DNA from: a virus
DNA length: 64,000 bases
IMG/VR virus record: IMGVR_UViG_3300009151_000031
Direction: 5' to 3' (one strand)
The translations under genes were made by a program, and so were the position numbers. Positions 15,502 through 23,838 of this stretch are shown here, piece after piece. The notes under the pieces are model-generated. The model was given only the letters and a program-made list of their open reading frames with translations, was not told where the DNA came from and made no database searches. The stretch's first letter is position 1. Every line of letters starts with the position of its first letter.

Positions 15502-16803
15502 TTAATAAATGCTTAACTTGCCTTCGATGCAATGCAAGTATCGTGTTTGATCGTTCTTAAAATCCTGCGCTTTAACTGCGCCAGTACTAGGAATACTACT
15601 GTCACCGATGTAATACATTGGACTAATGTATTGCTTAAGGTCTCGTAATTGTCCGTCTAGAGTTTTTGTAATGTATCTAGCATCTAAGTTAGTAGACATA
15701 AATTCTACACCGGCTTCCCAAATCTGATATTGTTTAGTATCGATAAAATTTTGAAAGAACCAATTATCCATTTCTGCTCTGATGCCGGTAGTAGGTTTAG
15801 CAACTTGGAAGGTATTAAAGTCATAGTCGGGATAAACAATAGCACGTACAAGACCTTCGTACGTAGTGCGGTTATAGTGATCGCCATTGGGCCAGCGTAC
15901 AGCACTTTGGAAATTATAATGCATGGGCATTTCAAACCATTGTCGTACCATGTGTGCTTGTTTAGTTAACATTGCACAACTATCTGGTGACCAGTAAAAC
16001 AGTTCTGTTGTCACATTGGTAATATCACCCATGTCTGCGCTGTTGTGATTAGCAAGTGGATCTTGGAAATACAAGAACCACCGACAGTCTTTGACACACA
16101 GCTTGGGTTTATCGCAGCCAAATACCATGGCAATACGTATATTGCAATCAACCAAGTTCTTTTGTTCTGCACTACTGGCCACAGTATGCTTTGACCATTG
16201 TCCAGGCTGTAATGCATGACGAGTGCGAAAGATCCAAGACTCATCTGTACCTTGACGATCGATCAAATCGTCTGTGTAATCGTGTATGGTAATTTTTGTA
16301 GCAGGATAGTTTGCGGCAATCCAATTCATTATTGGTTTGACAGCAAAATCAAACTCGCTGAGATGATTGGCAGAACTGGTATCCCAGGGATTGCCTGATG
16401 CGTTTTTATCTGCTTGTTTTGGGTAACGATAGATAACTTCGTCTAAGTGTATTCCGTTAAGCAAAAACGCAAATGCTACTGTGGCACTATCGGCACCACC
16501 GCTTAACTCTAGACGTACATAGTCATAGTTATCGCGAATAGATTGTGCGCGACGTCGATACAGTTCACGTATATCTTCTTCGGGCTCAATATGCCAGGCA
16601 TGTTTTAAGAATACATCTTCGTTAAATAGCCAGCGCACAGGATCGTTATTGAGATTGTGTGCATGACCGGGAAGTTTTGAACCAGCTAAGATTGCTTGGT
16701 TTTTATTATAAAATACTTCATTACCTAAAGTATAGTAGCCAAGTTTTTTGTTTGGTTCAAATTTAATACCACCTGCAGAGGTGTGTTCAATTTTAGGTAG
16801 CAT
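15502..16803 (-). CDS. PP-loop (adenine nucleotide alpha hydrolase) family protein
   Basis: RLELSGGADSATV motif; TAAATA motifs upstream on minus strand near 16840-16850. Confidence 0.65.
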   Translation of the reverse strand: MLPKIEHTSAGGIKFEPNKKLGYYTLGNEVFYNKNQAILAGSKLPGHAHNLNNDPVRWLFNEDVFLKHAWHIEPEEDIRELYRRRAQSIRDNYDYVRLELSGGADSATVAFAFLLNGIHLDEVIYRYPKQADKNASGNPWDTSSANHLSEFDFAVKPIMNWIAANYPATKITIHDYTDDLIDRQGTDESWIFRTRHALQPGQWSKHTVASSAEQKNLVDCNIRIAMVFGCDKPKLCVKDCRWFLYFQDPLANHNSADMGDITNVTTELFYWSPDSCAMLTKQAHMVRQWFEMPMHYNFQSAVRWPNGDHYNRTTYEGLVRAIVYPDYDFNTFQVAKPTTGIRAEMDNWFFQNFIDTKQYQIWEAGVEFMSTNLDARYITKTLDGQLRDLKQYISPMYYIGDSSIPSTGAVKAQDFKNDQTRYLHCIEGKLSIY

Positions 16804-16829
16804 AGTTGATTATAACAGATAAGTAAGTG

Positions 16830-16858
16830 TTGACGCAAGTATTTATTTAATATATAAT
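16830..16858 (+). promoter_or_regulatory. sigma70 promoter, back-to-back with minus-strand late motif
   Basis: TTGACG-17 nt-TATAAT. Confidence 0.75.
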
Positions 16859-16879
16859 ACATCAATAATGAAAGGTGAT

Positions 16880-17023
16880 ATGAGCCATAACGACACACTC
16901 AATCGAGCATACGGTAATATCCCAAAAGAAGTCGGATACACAGTTGACTTCAGTTTCATGCCATTTCATCGCCCAGTTAAGTATTTTTGGCTTACCTGGA
17001 TTGTAAGAAAGTTTTTTAGATAA
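16880..17023 (+). CDS. 47-aa hypothetical protein MSHNDTLNRAYGNIPKEVG...WIVRKFFR
   Basis: RBS AAAGGTG; below ORF-track cutoff; alternative ATG 16868. Confidence 0.6.
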   Translation: MSHNDTLNRAYGNIPKEVGYTVDFSFMPFHRPVKYFWLTWIVRKFFR

Positions 17024-17028
17024 TCTAA

Positions 17029-17103
17029 CGCGGGGTACGTCAGTGGTAGACCGCCAGGCTCATAACCTGGAAGACGGAGGTTCGAATCCTTCCCCCGCAA
17101 CCA
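17029..17103 (+). tRNA. trnfM: Initiator tRNA-fMet(CAT)
   Basis: C1-A72 mismatch, CCAGG-CTCATAA-CCTGG, CCA. Confidence 0.9.
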
Positions 17104-17106
17104 AAT

Positions 17107-18186
17107 ATGTTACACCTAATACTACACCCATTAAAACGCCCAGCCGAAAAACAAGTTGATCTACTTGTTGCAACCTTAGACATGCACGGAATTGATTACG
17201 TTAAATGTAGTATTGACAAGGTTCCAGCAGGAGCCACAATCATCACAGATTGTTTTATAATGGAAACTCCTTGTGGAGATCCGGGCAATGATATTGCTAG
17301 TAATATTATAGATCATGCCGCAAGTCACAATAACAAAATTGTATTTTATTATCCTAGCGAAAGCTACGCAACATTATCGGCAAGTTTTTGCCCTACCGCA
17401 GAAGCAATACAAGAAAAAAATGTCAAGGGATATTTAGTAAAGTGTGGTGACTGGGATATAGATGGTTACGTAAAAAATTATAACATGCCAGAGTTTTTTG
17501 CATGGATACTTAATAATGAATTTAATCGTACCAGATTAGACTATACACACAGTCTGATAGATACTATGACAAAGTCACACAAGTTCCTATTCTTTAACGG
17601 AGAGTTCCGCAACAATAGAGAACGCTTCTTTGAATTGTTTAAAGAGGCTGGATTACTTGAATCAAGTATATGGAGTCATAGGTCGGGCAAGAGTGCAGAA
17701 GGCTTCGGTCCTGACAAAGATTGGCCGGATCCATTTATACATCCAGACTTTAGATTTTATGCATATTATCCTAGTCATTATTATGACACTAGTATAAGCA
17801 TTGTGAGTGAAACTACACAAACAGAATTCTTCCCTACGGAAAAGACCTATAAGAGTTTAATGCTAGGACATCCATTTGCTGTGTATGGCGGGCAACATAG
17901 TCTACGTAAACTGCAAGCATTAGGATTTGAAACGTTTGGCGATAGCATAGATGAAACGTATGACAACTGCGAGTGGCCAGAAGAACGTGCCAATGTTCTA
18001 ATAGAAAGTCTAAAAAATTGCAGTATTCCACGACCCAGTAACCATAATAGGCTACAATTTCAGAAAGTGGCTAATTCAGCATACAATCATCTGTTAAATA
18101 TCTTGCAAGATATAGATAATAATGTTATAATAAAAGAGAACTTTGCAGTCAGTAGTTCTGTTTTGAACAAGTATTTTTTAAATTAA
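17107..18186 (+). CDS. Putative glycosyltransferase-like protein
   Basis: C-terminal SIVSET..FPTEKTYKSL...PF.VYG...LRKL..LGFETF..IDETYD, GT10-like by inference. Confidence 0.45.
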   Translation: MLHLILHPLKRPAEKQVDLLVATLDMHGIDYVKCSIDKVPAGATIITDCFIMETPCGDPGNDIASNIIDHAASHNNKIVFYYPSESYATLSASFCPTAEAIQEKNVKGYLVKCGDWDIDGYVKNYNMPEFFAWILNNEFNRTRLDYTHSLIDTMTKSHKFLFFNGEFRNNRERFFELFKEAGLLESSIWSHRSGKSAEGFGPDKDWPDPFIHPDFRFYAYYPSHYYDTSISIVSETTQTEFFPTEKTYKSLMLGHPFAVYGGQHSLRKLQALGFETFGDSIDETYDNCEWPEERANVLIESLKNCSIPRPSNHNRLQFQKVANSAYNHLLNILQDIDNNVIIKENFAVSSSVLNKYFLN

Positions 18187-18195
18187 AGGATTACA

Positions 18196-18423
18196 ATGCC
18201 ACAGTACATCAGCCGCGGAGCATCAATTGACACAGAAAAATGTGTTGCAGAAGCAGGTGGAAATAGATTTGATTTAGTCATTATGGCCACTCAACGTGCC
18301 AGAGAAATTAAACAACGTAATCAACATAGTGTAAAGCATGAGCATCTACATGGTGTAGTTACAGCACTAATAGAAATACAAGATGGTAATGTAGATCCCA
18401 ATTGGAAACAAAAAGTTCGATGA
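18196..18423 (+). CDS. rpoZ: RNA polymerase omega subunit homolog
   Basis: GNRFDLVIMATQRAREI and VTALIEIQDG match omega NRFDLV..A..RAR / ALREIEEG. Confidence 0.8.
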   Translation: MPQYISRGASIDTEKCVAEAGGNRFDLVIMATQRAREIKQRNQHSVKHEHLHGVVTALIEIQDGNVDPNWKQKVR

Positions 18424-18857
18424 AACCAAAGTTTCAACAGCTATATATAACTATAGCAAGTACAGTAGCAACAATGAGTACAGCACGTCGCCTACAAGTT
18501 GGTGCTATTGTGGTCAAAGATGATCGTGTTATTAGTATGGGCTACAATGGTATGCCTAGTGGGTGGGACAATAATTGCGAAGATGAAATATGTTGGCCCA
18601 ATGGGGAAATAAAGTTTTTAACAACTAAACCGGAGGTACTTCATGCTGAAACTAATGCAATCGCTAAGTTGGCAAGATCAAACGAGTCTGGCCTTGGTGC
18701 TACTATGTTCATTACTCACTCACCTTGCTTGGACTGTGCCAAATTGGTTTACCAATCTGGTATCAATACTGTTTATTATCGCAATAGTTATCGTAACGAA
18801 GAAGGCATACAATTCCTGGAAAAAGCAGGAGTAGAAGTAGTAAAATTAGAAGATTAA
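18420..18857 (+). CDS. dCMP deaminase (ComEB-like)
   Basis: GYNGMPSG, HAETNAI, SPCLDCAK zinc motifs. Confidence 0.9.
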   Translation: MKPKFQQLYITIASTVATMSTARRLQVGAIVVKDDRVISMGYNGMPSGWDNNCEDEICWPNGEIKFLTTKPEVLHAETNAIAKLARSNESGLGATMFITHSPCLDCAKLVYQSGINTVYYRNSYRNEEGIQFLEKAGVEVVKLED

Positions 18858-18858
18858 C

Positions 18859-18934
18859 GGGGGTGTAGCTCATTTGGGAGAGCGCCTGCTTTGCAAGCAG
18901 GATGTAGCAAGTTCGATCCTTGTCACCTCCACCA
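18859..18934 (+). tRNA. trnA: tRNA-Ala(TGC)
   Basis: G3-U70, CCTGC-TTTGCAA-GCAGG, CCA. Confidence 0.95.
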
Positions 18935-18940
18935 AAATAA

Positions 18941-19028
18941 GGAAAGTTGGCCGAGTGGTTAAGGCAACGGTTTGCTAAACCGTCGTCCCGAAAGGGGCGC
19001 ATAGGTTCGAATCCTATACTTTCCGCCA
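18941..19028 (+). tRNA. trnS: tRNA-Ser(GCT)
   Basis: ACGGT-TTGCTAA-ACCGT, long variable arm, G73, CCA. Confidence 0.95.
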
Positions 19029-19093
19029 AATTGTATCAAAAAAGTGTAAACGACAATAAATAAGTACATATACACTTACCAGGAGTTTCCCCC

Positions 19094-20059
19094 ATGAGTC
19101 AAACACGTACAATACGTTGGGTTTTATACCACGAACCAGTTGATTTGTTTTTGCGTACAGCCAAGGCATTCAGCGAAGAAATCGCTCGTACAACCAACGG
19201 CCGTTTAGCAGTTGAAATTTTAACAACACAAGAGTTTGCTGACAAATACAACAAAGATGCTGGCCTAGAACCATTGACTTGGATGCAGTCAGGCGATGCA
19301 GAAATGACACAAGTTCAAGTTGTGCATTTAGGTATTTGGCATGCTCCAGAGTTTTTTGCACTGGAATTGCCATTCTTGTTTGATAGTCACGAACATGCTA
19401 CTCGCGTACTAGAAGGAGATATTGGTGAAACTATGCTAGGCGATCTAGATAGCAAGACTCCGGTACACGGTTTAGCATTCACATATTCAGGCGGTTATCG
19501 TTGTTTAGCACTCGACCGTGAAATTAGTAAAGCTGAAGATCTTCAAGGTCTTAAGATGGTGACTAATACAAACCCAGTATCAATTGATACAGCAGAAGCA
19601 TTTGGATGCGTTGCAGTACCAGTCAATCTAAAAGAAGCAGTAAACGTTAATAGAAACAACGACAACAATCACAACGGCAACAACGCAATCGAAACAACAT
19701 TGCCACGTTATGAAAAAGAAGCCAAGAGTGCAGTACATACACACGTAAGCAATACACGTCACAGCATGTATCTAACAAGTATTTTAATTAGTAAGGACTT
19801 CTGGGCAAGTTTAAGTGCAGAAGATCAAGCGTCTATCAAGGCAGCGGCAATGCACAGTTCTGCATTAGAACGCCATTGGACTGTTAATGATAGTGCCAAG
19901 ATTGCTAACAGCACAGAAGAACAAGCTAAAATGGGCATTAGTTATACTGAGTTTGCTGATAGCGAACGTGCTAAATTAAAAGAATTAGTACAGCCAATGT
20001 ACAACAAGTATCGCCAAATCTTTGGCGTTGATCTAGTAGATGGAATTATCAAGGGATAA
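19094..20059 (+). CDS. TRAP/DctP-family solute-binding protein paralog 3, no signal peptide
   Basis: HEPVDLFLRTA, ALELPFLFDSHEHATRVLEG, YSGGYRC, DLQGLK, ISKDFWASLSAEDQ. Confidence 0.8.
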   Translation: MSQTRTIRWVLYHEPVDLFLRTAKAFSEEIARTTNGRLAVEILTTQEFADKYNKDAGLEPLTWMQSGDAEMTQVQVVHLGIWHAPEFFALELPFLFDSHEHATRVLEGDIGETMLGDLDSKTPVHGLAFTYSGGYRCLALDREISKAEDLQGLKMVTNTNPVSIDTAEAFGCVAVPVNLKEAVNVNRNNDNNHNGNNAIETTLPRYEKEAKSAVHTHVSNTRHSMYLTSILISKDFWASLSAEDQASIKAAAMHSSALERHWTVNDSAKIANSTEEQAKMGISYTEFADSERAKLKELVQPMYNKYRQIFGVDLVDGIIKG

Positions 20060-20707
20060 ATGAAAGACTTTAGTTTTTCAATTCTTAAAAATAACGAAGT
20101 ACAAAAAATAACATTCCAGGACTTAGCCTTAAACAAGCGAGTCCTGGTTTGCTCTGTTGTCCGTATGCAAACCCATGTTTCGGATTTGTATGTTAAAGAA
20201 TTAATTAAGCAAACTACTAGTTACAAACAACAAGGCATTGACGAAGTTTATCTAATAAACTCATGCCATGGACTATTTGCACTTGCAAGATTTGATAAGA
20301 TATTTCCGGAAATTACAATGTTAGCAGATACTGATAATCAATTTGTAACGTGGATTAGTAGTACGGTAAACAAAGCTACGCAGACTATAGATAATTTATC
20401 AAAGTATTGGAGTTATCAAGTACTACTGAACAATGGCAAAATAGAGCAATTTTACGAACAGCCAACTGAAAATTATATTAGACATTTAATTAAGGCTGGA
20501 CACAAACCAAATTTGGCACACCAAAAGTTTTTTATAACCGAAGGCGACACAGTTGCATTACATCGCCCTGGGTTAAGTAGAGAAGAACAAAATACATTTG
20601 GACATTTGCCATTTGATGGTGCTCGGTGTACTCCGTTGGAGTTTATGTATTTTAATCTTTGTCCAAACACTAAATTAAATCAATATTTGCTTGACACACA
20701 GGTGTAA
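20060..20707 (+). CDS. Degenerate Prx5/redoxin-fold protein 3
   Basis: DLALNKRVLV, QGIDEVYLIN, MLADTDNQF, WSYQVLLNNGKIEQFYEQP. Confidence 0.55.
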   Translation: MKDFSFSILKNNEVQKITFQDLALNKRVLVCSVVRMQTHVSDLYVKELIKQTTSYKQQGIDEVYLINSCHGLFALARFDKIFPEITMLADTDNQFVTWISSTVNKATQTIDNLSKYWSYQVLLNNGKIEQFYEQPTENYIRHLIKAGHKPNLAHQKFFITEGDTVALHRPGLSREEQNTFGHLPFDGARCTPLEFMYFNLCPNTKLNQYLLDTQV

Positions 20708-20719
20708 CTAGTATATAAT
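20691..20719 (+). promoter_or_regulatory. sigma70 promoter for 256-nt RNA and tRNA-Thr
   Basis: TTGACA-17 nt-TATAAT. Confidence 0.85.
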
Positions 20720-20727
20720 TAATACAA

Positions 20728-20983
20728 GTAATAAGTTTGGGTACATGGTGTGGCGACCATCTGATACATGTGGTAGTCTTAGTAATAGTATGTAACACAC
20801 GACCCCGTGGCACTGATACTGCAAAATCGGGTACTCCCGAGGGTACAAGGAATTTTAAAACTATGAACAGGTGCAAGAGTCCATGAAAAAGCCTGTGAAG
20901 GCAAGCTATTTAGCCGAGTCGCTCTTGGTTAGCATTGTGGTCCACTGTCGAAAAGCAGATTTAGGTGTACCCAAACTTATTAC
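20728..20983 (+). ncRNA. Candidate 256-nt structured RNA with paired ends
   Basis: Perfect 18-bp terminal stem GTAATAAGTTTGGGTACA/TGTACCCAAACTTATTAC starting at predicted TSS; internal hairpins. Confidence 0.7.
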
Positions 20984-20998
20984 ATTAAATAGTATTAT

Positions 20999-21074
20999 GC
21001 CCTTTTAGCTCATTTGGTAGAGCAACGCACTTGTAATGCGTAGGTGGTCAGTTCGAATCCGACAAAGGGCACCA
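20999..21074 (+). tRNA. trnT: tRNA-Thr(TGT)
   Basis: ACGCA-CTTGTAA-TGCGT, CCA. Confidence 0.95.
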
Positions 21075-21089
21075 TTTTAACGAGGATAT

Positions 21090-21266
21090 ATGACAGAAGA
21101 AAAGAAAAGTAAGAATCCTTTTATTAACTTGGCAAATGCCGCAAAAGCGGCGGCCGGAGTACCAAGTACACCTGGATCTAAGACAGCAGAAGTTCAAAAA
21201 GCTAAATTTGGCACACAAGTACAGGGTAACAAACCAGCTAAACGAAGTGCTGGCAGAGGCAGATAA
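21090..21266 (+). CDS. 58-aa basic low-complexity protein MTEEKKSKNPF...KRSAGRGR
   Basis: RBS GAGGA; below ORF-track cutoff. Confidence 0.65.
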   Translation: MTEEKKSKNPFINLANAAKAAAGVPSTPGSKTAEVQKAKFGTQVQGNKPAKRSAGRGR

Positions 21267-21311
21267 GCATAAATAAAGCTATAGAGTACCATACTTGATT
21301 TAGGAAAAATT

Positions 21312-21854
21312 ATGCACATTATATCATCCACAGATCCTTGGGATTTAACCACACGTCAAATTGATATTGGTTTACTGGTGTCGGCGCTTAACACAGCATC
21401 ATCGTCAACCGGGTCAGCATCTATTCAGATCAACGGAACAACAGTTGCATCTGGGATTGCTGTATCTAATATTGCCGCGAGCAACGAAACAATTGATCCA
21501 ATTGGTGCAGATCATGCACAATTGACTATTCACAGCATTTATGCAAATATTTCACGTAACGATGCCACACAAGGTCCTATTACAGTTCGTGTAACTGCCG
21601 ATGAAGGTAGTGCGGATTTGTTATGGTGCTATACAGGCTCTAAATCAATACAATATTTTCGTACTGTAAATGGTGTTATAGAATACGGTCCTAGAGGTAA
21701 CACATTACCAAGATTTGACCCAACTCTCGGAACCGTTCAAACTCCAACAGGCGGTGGTGTAGGCAATGTAGAGTTAGGGTATGGATGGAAAACTATTCCT
21801 TCAGCTGGTAGCGTTGTTGTAGATATAACCGGTATTTTAGGTAATATCGCTTAA
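21312..21854 (+). CDS. Late, beta-rich hypothetical (possibly virion) protein
   Basis: ATAAATA near 21269, RBS AGGAAA, followed by terminator. Confidence 0.6.
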   Translation: MHIISSTDPWDLTTRQIDIGLLVSALNTASSSTGSASIQINGTTVASGIAVSNIAASNETIDPIGADHAQLTIHSIYANISRNDATQGPITVRVTADEGSADLLWCYTGSKSIQYFRTVNGVIEYGPRGNTLPRFDPTLGTVQTPTGGGVGNVELGYGWKTIPSAGSVVVDITGILGNIA

Positions 21855-21871
21855 TTACCACATGCCACAAT

Positions 21872-21899
21872 AATCCGCTCTTTTGGGCGGATTTTTTTT
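21872..21899 (+). terminator. Rho-independent terminator
   Basis: AATCCGCTC-TTTT-GGGCGGATT + T run. Confidence 0.85.
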
Positions 21900-21926
21900 G
21901 ACCTTTAATTCTTTCTATGTTATACT
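21898..21926 (+). promoter_or_regulatory. sigma70 promoter
   Basis: TTGACC-17 nt-TATACT. Confidence 0.75.
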
Positions 21927-21955
21927 AGATATTAGTTAAACCCTAGGAGTAATAA

Positions 21956-22120
21956 ATGTTTGAATCACTAGAAATCCGCAGAGTTGCAAATGGTTTTATT
22001 TTGGTAGTTAATACCGAAGAAGATGCCACTGAGTTTGTGTACGATACTGAACGCAAATTAATGCGTGTAGTTAAACAGTACCTTGGAGAGCGTGTAAGCA
22101 AGGATGAGTTGGCTGATTAA
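21956..22120 (+). CDS. 54-aa hypothetical protein MFESLEIRRVANGFILVV...
   Basis: RBS AGGAG; TAATG overlap with next gene. Confidence 0.7.
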   Translation: MFESLEIRRVANGFILVVNTEEDATEFVYDTERKLMRVVKQYLGERVSKDELAD

Positions 22121-22761
22121 TGAGTATTGCCGATTATTTAACAAATAACCCGGTTGCTAAATTACAACTAGGGTGTGGTGGTAATATGTTGCAGGGCTGG
22201 TGCAATACCGATGGTCAAAGTGACGGCTGGTATCATCCCAACGGGATCAAGTTAGATGCCAGTAAGCCTTTTCCCGTTGCCGACGATAGTTTTGATTATG
22301 TATTCAGCGAGCACATGATTGAGCATCTTGATTATTGGGCCGGGTACCGTATGCTAGAAGAATCATTTAGGGTAATGAAACCAGGCGCTCGTATTCGTAT
22401 CAGTTGCCCGTCAATTGATTTGCTCATGCAAATTTGCGCCGATAAAGAGCATCCTGACCATCGAGCCTACATTGAATTTTTATTAAATGAACCCGACAAA
22501 GAGCCTTTTGTGGATACCATGTTTATCTTTAATAAAATGTTTAGATTTTGTGGGCATACACATATCTATACTAAAACAGGTTTAGTAACTACCATGGAGG
22601 CAGTTGGGTTTGCGGACTTCAGTGAACATAAGATCATTGAAAGCAACGATCCTAACTTGGCAGGATTAGAAAAAGTTTGGCACATGCCTGACTTTGATGG
22701 ACATAACAGTCGTATCCTGCAAATGGAAACTATGACAATAGAAGCAGTTAAGCCAAAATAA
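22120..22761 (+). CDS. SAM-dependent methyltransferase (type 11-like)
   Basis: LQLGCGG, LDASKPFP, FDYVFSEHMIEHL, RVMKPGARIRISCP. Confidence 0.85.
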   Translation: MSIADYLTNNPVAKLQLGCGGNMLQGWCNTDGQSDGWYHPNGIKLDASKPFPVADDSFDYVFSEHMIEHLDYWAGYRMLEESFRVMKPGARIRISCPSIDLLMQICADKEHPDHRAYIEFLLNEPDKEPFVDTMFIFNKMFRFCGHTHIYTKTGLVTTMEAVGFADFSEHKIIESNDPNLAGLEKVWHMPDFDGHNSRILQMETMTIEAVKPK

Positions 22762-22785
22762 AACCGCCCAAAGGCGGTTTTTTAA
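22759..22785. terminator. Bidirectional terminator between convergent genes
   Basis: AAAACCGCC-CAAA-GGCGGTTTTTT. Confidence 0.8.
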
Positions 22786-22797
22786 TGACTGTAAATG

Positions 22798-23829
22798 TTA
22801 ACGCTCAAACAACTTACGCTCAAAGTTTTCACGTAATTCATCTGCGGTACGATTAGCTTGATACCATTCGATGGTCTTTGCAATGCCATCTTTAAAACTA
22901 ACAGTAGGTTGCCAACCTAACCATAGTTTCTGATTAGTAGTATCTGCCGCACGAGCATGTACACCTTCTGGCTTACTACGATCAAAGAAGAAACCATCAG
23001 CTGGCTGATATCCCATAATGTCACATACTGTTTGGACTGCATCGGCGATCTTGGTAATTTCGCTAGTGCCAATGTTGATACTACGGCAGTCAGTAATGTT
23101 TTCACAGGCTAGTTTTAACCCTTCAACGATATCGCTTACATAGGTAAAGTTACGATCTTGTTGTCCACTGCCCCAAACCTCATACGGGTTTTGTTCTATC
23201 ATGGCCTTGGCAATAAACGCAATAATAGCATGACTCTCGTTTTCACGTGGGCCGTATACAGTGAACAGTCGGCAACTTACACCCTTGGTACCATATTGTT
23301 TGTGATACCCTTTAAGTGCCATTTCACCCATGAACTTGGCCCAGCCATATTCGCCATCGGCCAAGGCGGCACCTTTAGTAAATGGATCGGCCATTTCTTC
23401 GCTTAGGTAACGTTGTTGATCTGGCCCATCTTCTTGTAAGTTAGTTGGGTACGCACAAGCACTTGACGTATATACAACTCGGTCGACATTGTTTAAATGG
23501 CTATAGTAAAATACGTTACCATCGATTAAAAAGTTTTGACTGATCTCGCCTGGGTGTGTTTCAATGAAGCCTCGTCCACCATGGATGTTGGCCAAGTGGA
23601 ATACAATGTCTTTATCTCGGGTCACATCTCGAGCAACATTGGCATCCCGTAAATCGCCTAATACAAAATTAATTTGGCCGCGAACTGTTTCGATGTTTTC
23701 AATCTTACCACTACTTAAATCGTCAACTACAGTAACGTGTGCGCCATCGGCCAATAGGCTTTCAACCAAGAAGCTACCAATAAAACAACAGCCGCCTGTG
23801 ACTAAAACTTTTTTATTTTTAAAAAACAT
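22798..23829 (-). CDS. NAD-dependent nucleotide-sugar epimerase/dehydratase
   Basis: VLVTGGCCFIGS, VFHLA, YGWAK (YxxxK), VWGSGQQDRNFTYVSD. Confidence 0.88.
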   Translation of the reverse strand: MFFKNKKVLVTGGCCFIGSFLVESLLADGAHVTVVDDLSSGKIENIETVRGQINFVLGDLRDANVARDVTRDKDIVFHLANIHGGRGFIETHPGEISQNFLIDGNVFYYSHLNNVDRVVYTSSACAYPTNLQEDGPDQQRYLSEEMADPFTKGAALADGEYGWAKFMGEMALKGYHKQYGTKGVSCRLFTVYGPRENESHAIIAFIAKAMIEQNPYEVWGSGQQDRNFTYVSDIVEGLKLACENITDCRSINIGTSEITKIADAVQTVCDIMGYQPADGFFFDRSKPEGVHARAADTTNQKLWLGWQPTVSFKDGIAKTIEWYQANRTADELRENFERKLFER

Positions 23830-23838
23830 ATTTTTCCT

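Noticed and set aside
7542-20059. Functional TRAP transporter as auxiliary metabolic genes
   Set aside because: No membrane subunits in the window, no signal peptides, ligand Arg missing
7252-20876. ORFs 7252-7479, 9936-10142, 10025-10240, 11908-12165, 11973-12197, 12174-12356, 14140-14550, 15209-15436, 18763-19029, 20670-20876
   Set aside because: They overlap tRNAs or structured RNAs; translations are typical tRNA read-through artefacts
20728-20983. RNase P RNA, tmRNA, SRP or 6S assignment
   Set aside because: No GAGGAAAGUCC/ACAGAA..GGCUUA, no G3-U70 acceptor with T arm, no SRP helix 8 motif, not a simple rod
6914-21074. Stop-codon reassignment
   Set aside because: No CTA, TTA or TCA anticodon tRNA; genes are full length in code 11 and TAG/TGA/TAA all terminate recognisable genes
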